Assembly (NCBI GenBank): GCA_963752595.1
Contig: CAVVYZ010000002.1
Span: 192,001-256,000 of the forward strand
Direction of reading: 5' to 3'
Length of the DNA: 64,000 nucleotides
DNA from: an uncultured delta proteobacterium
Lineage (GTDB): Bacteria > Desulfobacterota > Desulfomonilia > UBA1062
Shown here: piece after piece, positions 23,475 through 32,875 of the stretch
Layout of the letters: every line of letters begins with the position of its first letter
Position numbering within the stretch: position 1 is the first letter of the stretch
The notes under the pieces: generated by a model
Database searches by the model: none
The model's input: only the letters and a program-made list of their open reading frames with translations
Told to the model about the DNA's origin: nothing
Made by a program: the position numbers and the translations under genes

Positions 23475-25654
23475 GCTGTCCCCCTCTTGCTGAACATGAG
23501 CTCGATGCGCTTCTTCCGGTAACGCCTTCTCGCCCAGACCATGAGGCCGAAGCCCACGACCAGGGAAGGAACAACGGCAATGTTGAATGTCTTGATGAAC
23601 ACCTTGGTCCGTATCTGGATGTCTTCCAGCGGGTTGATGGTCAGCGTCTTGCTTCTCATCAGGGAGATGTCCATACGGTCGTTGAGCACATCGATCATGT
23701 TCATGATGAACGTGGAATTGGGGCTCTGGCCCTCGCCGTCAAGCAGGTTGTTCGTGAGCATATGGGACGAGCCGATAAGGAATATCTTTCCCGGCTTCGT
23801 CGATGCGGGAAGGAATGCGCCGGTCTGCTCGATCTTTGAAAGCTCGGCATTGGGTGCAGGCATATCCTTCGATTCTCCGCCGACTTTCTGCTCTTCGGGG
23901 GCTGCCAGTTTTTCCGGGATCGGCTTGCCGGTAAAATAGCTCTTGAAATCGCCTTCCAGCAGATATGCCAGAGGCTTGCTCTGCATCCGGTCCTCGGAAG
24001 GAGGCCGTATCTGCATGGGGTTGAGCACGATGTTGTCGCGCATCTCCCAGCCCCTGTCCGAAGAAGAGAAGAGCTTTTGCGCTTTGATTTTGTTCTCGGC
24101 CATACGCTTTTCATCAACTTCGAGGGGCGACATGGCAAGGGTGATCATGCTCTTGATGTTCTTCATGTATTCGAGCTTATCGTTGATGTATTTGCCCTCG
24201 ATGATGGGCGCGAAGTAAACGTCCTGCTGGCCGCCGCCGTACTCGACAGGCACCCGCTGCTTGTAGCACTTCTCATCGAGAACGATTGCGCTCCCGACCT
24301 TCACCCCGTAGCTGTCAAGCAGCTTTTCCAGGCCGGTGTTGACCGGGACAAACTGGGACTGCGCATACGGGCTGCCGGGCCGGCCTAACTGGACCTCCTG
24401 GAACTTATCCAGGAACAGGGCCAGATTGGTTCCCTGCATGAGCGCCTGGTCGATCTGGAAGAGCTCATAGTCGGTGAAATTCTGTGTGGGGCTTGCAATG
24501 ACAAGGCACCTGAGGCTTTTGGGTATGCCGGTTTCGCCTAAGTTTACTTTTTTGAGGGAATAATTCTGGGACACGAGCTGCGAGAAATTGGTCAGGGGCT
24601 CTCTGGCTGCAGATCCCGGCATGGCATACGTCTGCAGCGTGCCGTGGTCATCGAGATAGCCGATGCTCTCGTTGATGCCGATGAGCGTCTCGATGGTCTG
24701 CGAGATCGTTTCTTCGAGCTCGTCGGGCTTGATGAGATTGTACCGCGTACCGAACAGGGGCAGGCGGTACACCTGGACCATCGGGAGCACGGACGTGCTT
24801 TCTCCGTACTGAATGATCATGCCGATGATGCCTTCTCCCGCCTTGACATCCGTGCCGTCGAGATTCGGCCACTTGAAGTGTATGAGGTTGTACGACTTCA
24901 CCAGCGCTTCGAGCTCGGCCTGGTTGCCGGGCTCGGAAGAAGAATACATAAGCCGGTTGTACATCTTTTTGTTGAGGTTCTCCACGATGAGCTTGACCGC
25001 GCTTGTGAGCTGCGGCATGTCTTTCAGCCCCATGTAGGGAGCCACGTCGTTGAGTGAAGGGGAGTAGTAGAACTTCACGCTCACGGGCTTGTCGAGCTTG
25101 AGCAGCGCGCTGATCTTGTTGTTGAGCTTCATGATGGAGGTGGTGATCTTGTATTCGATGCCGTCGGTGGACGTGATGGTGGGGATCCTTTCCATCATGT
25201 CTCCGTGGAGGATCACGAGGCCCATGTAGGCCTTCTTGAACTTCACCTCGTCCTTCTCGATAGCCTGGATCTGGACAGGGTAGAGCCCGTAGTCCTGAGC
25301 CATCTTGCGGTTTTCCGTGCTCTCCTCGTTGCCGCCTTCGTCTTCGGGCGTCACGTCATAGAACCGGTAGTTGAAGTTCTTGCCGCCGTAGAGGGCATAC
25401 TCGCCGAGCACGTCCTTGAGGTAGCGCTCCACCGTGTTGTAGGGCGCAGGCAGGTTCTTGGTGAAGAACACGTTGATGGTCAGGGGCTCGGACAGGGTGT
25501 GGACAACCTCCTTGCTCACCTTCGAAAGCGAGTAGACCTTGTTTCCGGTGAGGTCGATGCGGAAGAAGAGGGAAAGCCCCACGATATTGATGAGCACGAG
25601 GACGACGAAATATATGGCGAATTTCGCATATCGGGATGTGTGCTTTGCAGTCAT
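23471..25654 (-). CDS. GldG family ABC transporter auxiliary component
   Basis: RIDLTGNKVYSLS, AYMGLVI, DQALMQG, C-terminal TM. Confidence 0.85.
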   Translation of the reverse strand: MTAKHTSRYAKFAIYFVVLVLINIVGLSLFFRIDLTGNKVYSLSKVSKEVVHTLSEPLTINVFFTKNLPAPYNTVERYLKDVLGEYALYGGKNFNYRFYDVTPEDEGGNEESTENRKMAQDYGLYPVQIQAIEKDEVKFKKAYMGLVILHGDMMERIPTITSTDGIEYKITTSIMKLNNKISALLKLDKPVSVKFYYSPSLNDVAPYMGLKDMPQLTSAVKLIVENLNKKMYNRLMYSSSEPGNQAELEALVKSYNLIHFKWPNLDGTDVKAGEGIIGMIIQYGESTSVLPMVQVYRLPLFGTRYNLIKPDELEETISQTIETLIGINESIGYLDDHGTLQTYAMPGSAAREPLTNFSQLVSQNYSLKKVNLGETGIPKSLRCLVIASPTQNFTDYELFQIDQALMQGTNLALFLDKFQEVQLGRPGSPYAQSQFVPVNTGLEKLLDSYGVKVGSAIVLDEKCYKQRVPVEYGGGQQDVYFAPIIEGKYINDKLEYMKNIKSMITLAMSPLEVDEKRMAENKIKAQKLFSSSDRGWEMRDNIVLNPMQIRPPSEDRMQSKPLAYLLEGDFKSYFTGKPIPEKLAAPEEQKVGGESKDMPAPNAELSKIEQTGAFLPASTKPGKIFLIGSSHMLTNNLLDGEGQSPNSTFIMNMIDVLNDRMDISLMRSKTLTINPLEDIQIRTKVFIKTFNIAVVPSLVVGFGLMVWARRRYRKKRIELMFSKRGTA

Positions 25655-25664
25655 GGCTGTCTCC

Positions 25665-26369
25665 TTATCTCTTTGTCTGCATGACCAGGTGTGCGCCGTA
25701 GAGGGACACGAAGATCACACTGGCAAAATAGAGCAGGTCGCGCGAGTCGATGATGCCCTTCGAGATGTTCTCGAAATGGGAGCTCGCGGCGAGGTAGGTG
25801 AAGGCCTCGACGATCCGGTTGGGAAAGAAGAAGACCATCCTGTCGAAGAGCGTGAGCGTAAAGCAGATGATCATGCCCACGATGCATGCCACGATCTGGT
25901 TGCGGGTGAGCGCCGAGGCGAACACGCCGACAGCGCTGAATGCAGCGCCGAGGAGCACCGCGCCCAGGTAGCCGCCGATCACCGGGCCCCAGTCGAGGTC
26001 GCCGATGAAGGTTATGCTCAAGGCATAGGCGAGGGTGGGGACGAGCATGATGGCGGCAAAGGCAGCGCCTGCCAGAAATTTGCCGACGATCACGTCATTG
26101 AGCCTCACCGGAAGCGTGAGCAGCATCTCGTAGCTGCCGGTGTGGAGCTCTTCGGCAAAGAGCCGCATGGTCACCGCCGGGATTACGAGGGCAAAGGTCA
26201 GCGGCAGCAGGTTGAAGAAGCTTCTCAAGTTCGCCTCGGAAAAGATGAAGAATGTGGCGAAGAAGAACCACCCGGTGACGAGCAGAAAGATGCAGATCAC
26301 GATATAGCCGATGGGAGAGATGAAATAATCCCGTATTTCCTTTTTAAAGATATTCAGAACCTGGGGCAT
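25665..26369 (-). CDS. ABC-2 permease (GldF-like)
   Basis: KEIRDYFISPIGY, TMRLFAEE, GIIDSRDLLYF. Confidence 0.88.
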   Translation of the reverse strand: MPQVLNIFKKEIRDYFISPIGYIVICIFLLVTGWFFFATFFIFSEANLRSFFNLLPLTFALVIPAVTMRLFAEELHTGSYEMLLTLPVRLNDVIVGKFLAGAAFAAIMLVPTLAYALSITFIGDLDWGPVIGGYLGAVLLGAAFSAVGVFASALTRNQIVACIVGMIICFTLTLFDRMVFFFPNRIVEAFTYLAASSHFENISKGIIDSRDLLYFASVIFVSLYGAHLVMQTKR

Positions 26370-26373
26370 GGTT

Positions 26374-27312
26374 TTAAGCCTCCTTTGTGAGGTCGCGGAA
26401 GATGTTCTCAAGAGACTTGACCTCCTGGGTGAACTCCACGAGGACCCAGTCCGTATCCTTGACGCAGGCAAAGATCCTTTCCTGCAGATCGTCAGCACTG
26501 TCGGACACGATCTTGAGCCGCAGCTTGTCGGGCTCGGTTGCTTCGAGATTCTCGACCTTGCTCACGCCCTCGATCGCGCCGAGCTTTCTCAGGGCCGTAT
26601 CAAGGTCTGCCTTGAGCAGGGTGATGTTGATGATCTTCTCTTCGCCGTGGCTCTTCCTGAGGGATTCGGTGCTGCCGTCTGCAACGATCCTGCCCTTGTC
26701 GAGGATCACGATGCGGTCGCAGGTGGCCTCGGCCTCGCTCAGGATGTGGGTGGAGAGGATGATGGTCTTTTCCTTGCCGAAGCTGCGGATGATGTCCCTG
26801 ATCTCCACGATCTGGTTCGGGTCGAGGCCCGAGGTCGGCTCGTCGAGGATGAGGATTTCCGGGTCTTCCATCATGGCGTGCGCCAGGCCGACCCGCTGCT
26901 TGAGGCCTTTCGAGAGCTCGCCGATGGGCTTGTGCATGATGCCGCCCAGGCCGCAGAGATCGGCCAGCTCGTGGATGCGCCCTATCTTCCTCTTGCTGTC
27001 CAGGCCCCGGATTTCCCCGATATAATCGAGGTAGTCATAGACCAGCATGCCGTGATACAGCGGGGCGGATTCGGGAAGGTAGCCGATGAGCTTCTTGATA
27101 TCGAGCAGGTTGTCATCGATGGAATAGTCATTGATCCGGATGATGCCGGACGTCGGCTCGAGGTAGCCCGTGAGCATCCGAAGCGTCGTTGTCTTGCCTG
27201 CGCCGTTGGGCCCCAAGAGCCCTGTGATCTCCCCCTTGGAAACATCGAGGTTGATCTGATCCACAGCACAGAAATCGCCGTAATACTTGGTCAGCTTTTC
27301 CACATGGATCAT
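26374..27312 (-). CDS. ABC transporter ATP-binding protein (GldA-like)
   Basis: GPNGAGKTT, LSKGLKQR, ILDEPTSGLD. Confidence 0.92.
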   Translation of the reverse strand: MIHVEKLTKYYGDFCAVDQINLDVSKGEITGLLGPNGAGKTTTLRMLTGYLEPTSGIIRINDYSIDDNLLDIKKLIGYLPESAPLYHGMLVYDYLDYIGEIRGLDSKRKIGRIHELADLCGLGGIMHKPIGELSKGLKQRVGLAHAMMEDPEILILDEPTSGLDPNQIVEIRDIIRSFGKEKTIILSTHILSEAEATCDRIVILDKGRIVADGSTESLRKSHGEEKIINITLLKADLDTALRKLGAIEGVSKVENLEATEPDKLRLKIVSDSADDLQERIFACVKDTDWVLVEFTQEVKSLENIFRDLTKEA

Positions 27313-27780
27313 CGAAGTCCTCCTTATATGTTAACCCCTCAAGATGCGTATATGCGGTATTGAACTTTGCCCTGATAACAAAACCAGGTGAACTGGGGCT
27401 ATGATAAAGAAAATTTCACTGGGTTTGTCAAGCCCTGATAGACTACATTCGTCTTCTTTTCAAGGCCGGAAAAGCTCTTTGCCTGCAACCCCGGATGAAT
27501 ATACAAGGAATTCATATACCGGATTCAAAAGGGCTGCACACCGGGAAATTTCCATAAGCAGCATTTATAATTGCTGTAATTTCTTGACATAAAAGAAACG
27601 ATTGGACATAATGCAATGGAATACATCATGAATTGCATCAATTGAAATGGGGGCTGTTCTCTTCTCGAAACATTTCTTCACCTGTCCGGGACGGAGTCTG
27701 CCGTTATTATCCCGCCCGGTTTCAATCCTCACCGGCAGGGGAATAGATGGTGAATGGAGCTTTTTCTTGAATCGATGCAT

Positions 27781-28141
27781 TCATAAATGGTCCAGAGGGC
27801 TTGTGAGTTTCGCAAGGTCTTTCTGCATCACATGGGTATAAATTTCATATACAAGGCTTCTTTCGAAATCGAGGTCCTGGACCTGGAGGCGGATACACTC
27901 CATGAGTCTGAGCCCGCATCCATAGAACATTAAGGTGACTTAAAAAGGCATCGATATGTATTTTCCCCATATTCAAAGGGTGGGTTTTACTCCCATGAAA
28001 TTTGATGTACCGAAGGACCCACTCGCAGTAAGTCTGTTCGGTGCGATAGGCATAATGATGGTAACGCAGCACCTGGCGCACCTGATCCATCAATTTCAAT
28101 TTAGGATCGGGGATAAACTTCTTAATGCCATTATTTTCCAT
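27781..28141 (-). pseudogene. intI: Integron integrase with two large internal deletions
   Basis: N-term KLMDQVRQVLRYHHYAYRTEQTY..HP..MG, then (frame change) YGCGLRLMECIRLQVQDLDF joined directly to EIYTHVMQKD..SPLDHL*; divergent from the attC array. Confidence 0.85.
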
Positions 28142-28216
28142 GCTACCTATAAATTAACCGGCATACATGGAAAATACAATGTGCCGTTTTCCATGTTTTA
28201 TCATTGAATATGAGTT

Positions 28217-28284
28217 TAGATGGAAAATAATCCTTTTTATAAAGGCAATAGGTGGGAAATTTCCATCTATTGAGACTGTTCGGC
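28217..28284 (+). other. Candidate attI site (crossover G|TTCGGC at 28278)
   Basis: Inverted repeat TAGATGGAAA/TTTCCATCTA followed by GTT just before the first cassette ORF. Confidence 0.5.
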
Positions 28285-28298
28285 AAAGCAGCTGAATC

Positions 28299-30458
28299 AT
28301 GAGCTGGATATGAAGATTTCTCCATCGAAAGAAACGGGATGTACCCAAAGAAGACGGTGAATTGAAGCCGATTGCGGTCCCGGTTCGCAAAAGCAACGTA
28401 AGCATAGCTGCAGATAATCCAATCCAAAATCCTGAAGAAGATGCTCTAGGTCGAACCAGATCTGCCCAATCTTTCGCAAAGCAGGTCTTGTCGCTTGATT
28501 CAACAGAAGGTTTTGTCGTCGGCGTGTTGGGACCATGGGGTTCAGGAAAAACATCTTTTATCAACCTTGCTAGCGGGTACTTAAAGGACTACGGCGTCAC
28601 GCTACTAGATTTCAACCCTTGGATGTTCAGCGGAGCGGAGCAACTTATCGAAGCATTCTTCGTGGAACTCTCCGCGCAACTGAAGGTAAACCAAGATTTC
28701 GCGAAATTGGTAAGCTCCTAGAGGAATATGGCGAGAGTTTCTCTGGCTTGGGGTGGTTGCCTCTTGTCGGACCATGGGTTGAACGTGGCCAAGCCGCTAC
28801 AAAGGTTCTTGCTAAACTCCTTCAGCGTAAAAGGAAGGAATACGTGCTCGTCGGTCAAAAATTCACAAAGCTCTTGCATCCTTTGATAAGCCCATCGTTG
28901 TAATTCTTGATGATATTGATCGTTTAACATCTGTAGAAATCAGAGATGTCTTTAAACTCGTTCGGCTAACAGCAAACTTCCCTAACGTCATTTACCTTTT
29001 GGCTTTCGATCGGATTCGCGTCGAAGAGGCACTTAGGGAGCAAGGATTTCCGGGTCGTGACTCCTAGAGAAAATTCTGCAGATTGGGGTTGATCTTCCGG
29101 CAGTGTCTGCAGATGTATTGAACTCTCAAATCTTCAAGTCGATAGATGCTTCACTTGCTACCATTGAGAATCCAGGGCAGTTTGACCAGAATATTTGGCC
29201 TGATGTATTTATGGAGGTTATTCGGCCACTAATTCGGAACATACGAGATGTACGTCGTTATGTGGCCGCCATCCACGGCACCGTTCGGGATTTGGGTGGA
29301 CAAGTGGCTCTTGTGGATGTGCTAGCACTCGAAGCTATCCGTGTCTTCCTACCTGACGTCTTCAGTAGTATCTATAGAGCAGTGGATGGCCTTACTAGAA
29401 CCTCGGAAGGCTATGGAGGGTCATGACGACCCTCAGCATCTCAAACAACAGATTGACGGATTGATTAATGTGGCTGGCGAGCGTGGGGAGATTGTTCACT
29501 CGCTTATTCAGAGACTGTTTCCGGAGTTCAACGGCACATCGGCGGATCTCACTACAGTGGTGATTTGAAGAACCGTTGGCTTAGGGAGCGACGTATAGCC
29601 CATGAAGAAGTGCTTCGTCTTTATTTGGAGCGCGTTGTTGGAGAACGTCTCCAGGCCTTTATGGACGCAGAGAAGGCTTGGGAAAAGATGACAGATCGCG
29701 ATGCCCTTGAAAGTTATCTACGCTCGCTGGAACCTGAACGCCTGCAGGATGTTATTTCGTCACTCGAAACTTACGAGGATCAGTTCGGGCCTGAGCATGT
29801 GGTTCCAGCAACTGTAGTCCTGCTAAATATGTTGCCTGTTCTACCAGAACGACAGCTCGGATTTCTCGACTTAGATACCAGACTTGTCGTCGGAAGGGTG
29901 GTCTACAGGCTCATCCGCGCGATCAAGGACCCTCAAGCAGTAGAGTCTGCGGTGCGAGAGATCCTACCTCAAGTTCAGTCGCTATCCTCACAACTAGAAC
30001 TAATCACTGACGTTGGTTACCGAGAAGGGGCGGGTCACAAACTCGTGTCGGAATCCGCGGCAAGGACGTTAGAGAAGGAATGGCGAGCTAGAGTTCGTGC
30101 AGCCAGTGAAGACACGCTTGCGGGTGAAAAGGAACTCCTGAGAACCTTGATCGTCACCAAGAAAGAGGCTGAACCTGACGAACCTGATCTTGCGGTTCCC
30201 GAATCTCCCCGCGTGACATACGCACTACTGCGGTCAGCGAGGAGCGAAGTGCGGAGTCAGCCAATGGGAAGTCGGGCTGTACGCCGGTCTCCTCGACTAG
30301 CGTGGAATGTGCTAGTTGAGCTATATGGTGACGAAGCGCTCTTACGTCAGTGTATCGAGAAATTGAAGTCTTCACAGCCCGACGAAGCGTGTGATTTATT
30401 ACAGCTTGTCGAGAAGTACCTTAGCGGCTGGCGTCCCAGTGACTTCGGTGATGAATGA
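28299..30458 (+). CDS. KAP-family P-loop NTPase, first integron cassette (frameshifts and an early stop: error or pseudogene)
   Basis: GPWGSGKTS, FNPWMFS, ILDDIDRL, FPNVIYLLAFD, EKILQ; followed by attC R''. Confidence 0.8.
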
Positions 30459-30499
30459 TATGTGTCAGAGTTACCTAACACTTATAAGGCCTCCTCTTG

Positions 30500-31054
30500 T
30501 CAATAGATAAAACTTCCCCGAGACGAAAACGTTTTTCATTTTTCGTCTGCATGTGTGTCTATTGGCAAGACACTTCTGAACGGTGAGAGTTTCTTTTTTC
30601 CGTTCAACCATATCGCTCTTTGTCGGCTGCTCTGGCTTTGGTTTCATCAAGGGGTGCCAGGGAAATCAAATCCTGCACCAAACACTTATTGAGGTTCTTT
30701 TCATCATTCTTGCAAGCGGGTGGTTGCTCCCTCTACGAGAAGAATGCGACCTAGAAACAATGCTGTTCTCCCTCGTGCCGTCCCAGTCAAAAGCCGGGGT
30801 GTTGTTCTCCCCAGTTAGGCTGCGGGCTCGGGTAAGGGGCAGAACCTGACCAACAAGAGCTTGTATTGTTATGAAGGAGCGAGACGGATCTCCAATCAAA
30901 AGCAGTTGGCTGCCGGGTATCAATCGGGCACATCCTTTTTCCAGCACTCTTATGGTGCAAGGATATTCTATTCCTTTCCTGATCAAGGCGAATGCGTGCT
31001 CCATTCCCATATGGCTCCAGTTAGGCGTCGGACTGATCCGTCTCCTCCAATCTT
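30500..31054 (-). ncRNA. Predicted bridge RNA/seekRNA region of the IS1111-type element (ends approximate)
   Basis: About 570 bp non-coding region downstream of tnp; stem GAGACGGATC/GATCCGTCTC; two GCCTAACTGG...CTTTTGAYTGG modules matching the attC target. Confidence 0.65.
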
Positions 31055-32098
31055 TCAGTGGCTCAGGAATTTGTCCTGATCGAAAGCCACCTTGTTTTTC
31101 AGCATGTAATAGGCAGCTCTTCCGAGCTTGTGGGCCAGGATCGAGAGCGCTTTTCCTTTTCCGTGTTTCTGGGCAAGCCGGTCGAGGTATTTCTTCGCGG
31201 GCTCATTGCCCTTGATGAAGAGCACCGATGCTTCACTGAAAGCCCACTTCAGGTGAGCATTGCCGATCTTCTTGCCGCCGGTTCCATAGCTTTTGCCATT
31301 GGATTCTTTTTTGCATTTCACCAGACGGGCATATGAGGCAAAGTCCTGGACGGTTTCGAATCGATCGATGGTCTCTATTTCATAGAGCATGACTAGGGCG
31401 AGGATTCTGCCCACTCCCGGAATGGTTTGCAGGAGAGTGATAGGAAAGGGCGTCGTGTCCATTGGCGGTCTTGATGATCTCCCGCTCAAGCGGGATGAGG
31501 ATGCGGTCATAGGCTTCGATCATGGCGAGATCGACTTCCATGTTCTTCCTCACACTGGGATCGTCGAATCGCTCTGCAACGCCGCTTCTGTTCTGTGGCT
31601 TGGCGATGCGGCCGAGAGGATCCGGCAGGTTGTACTGGCTGTTGGTGTTCTGGATATGGGCAAAGAGCTCTGCCCTCTTCCTCACCAGATGATTCCGCCG
31701 CCTGAGAAGATCCCTGGTGGCGCGCATCTTTGCCGGGTAGACATATGCCTGGGGCAGCATGCCGCCCCTGAGCAGCACGGCGATCTTATGGGAGTCGATC
31801 TTGTCGTTCTTGCTCTTGCCGCCATGGATCGCTTTCATATAGAGCGCATGCCCCAGGACAAAGGGAATTCCCTCCTGCGCGCACAGGTCGGCCACCCAGT
31901 ACCAGGTGAACATGCACTCCGCAGCCACCACGATGTCCTCCCGAAAGGGAGCGATGAGCTCGAGAAAAGCTCGGGATCCGTATTCAGGTTCCGGTGAGCC
32001 ATGATCTCTCCATTGCTGCTGAGGACGCACACATACATTTTCTTTGTGTGCAGATCGATTCCGCAGTAATATTTGTGCTGTTTGGTGTAGAATCTCAT
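31055..32098 (-). CDS. IS110 family transposase/recombinase (two frameshifts)
   Basis: YCGIDLH, AAECMFTW, KNDKIDS, LQTIPGVG, KESNGK, GNAHLKWAF. Confidence 0.92.
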
Positions 32099-32875
32099 TT
32101 GGCCTCCTCCTTTGGTTGGTTTTTTGTTGTTGGCGCTTCAAATATACCACCCATTCGAGGAGGCCTTACATAGTATCAATGGCATGCAGCGGACGCGCTG
32201 CCGCGCGCCGCTGATGCCTAGCGTGTGTGCCGGGCATGGCACAGAGCTAGCGAGGTGAAAGTCCTCGCGCCAGGTATAAACGGAGCCGAAGGCTAGGAGA
32301 AGGGCAAGGGCGTCATCGCGAGGTGGGGTCTGGAGGAAGTCCAATCCAAAAGCTGCGGGGCGACGAACAGGAACCGGATATGAGGTGTGACGTACCCGGG
32401 ACGAGTCGGCACGTGACGACGAAGTCCTCCATCCGTGAGTTGTGTACGTTTTATAAATCCGGCGCTTATGCGCGAGAAAGCTCTGTGTCTTACCCCGGGA
32501 GATCTGTATGGTGTCCTTCACAGGTATGGCTGAAATATTGTGGCACCGCCTTAGAAACCAGGCGGCAAACAGAGAAAACAGATCTCAGCCTGAAGCCGGA
32601 AGGACTAGAGTTCTTGAGAGGGAGCTCTGACCGCCATGCAGAAGTCAGCAGAGGGCATAGTAGGTGGAAGTATCACTGAAGGCCCGAACGGTTGAGAGGG
32701 ATAGTGATCTGATAGGGGAGCGCTCATTAAGCCGGCACATAGTGTGGCCGCTTGCTAGAGATGGCAAGCAATTGAGAACTGGTCATGTCAGATGAAACGC
32801 CCGGCTGCCTCGTTGTAGGCAGAGTAATCAGCCGAACCGCCGTGTACGTGACCCGTACGCACGGTGGTGTGGGAG

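Larger units (their letters stand above)
30481..32178 (-). mobile_element. IS110 family, IS1111-type insertion sequence in attC
   Basis: Sub-terminal IRs TAAGGCCTCCTC (30485-30496)/GAGGAGGCCTTA (32157-32168), CA core on both sides, DEDD transposase, long 3' non-coding region. Confidence 0.9.

Noticed and set aside
30583-31215. ORFs in the IS right end as passenger genes
   Set aside because: No recognisable motifs; the region is better explained as structured RNA
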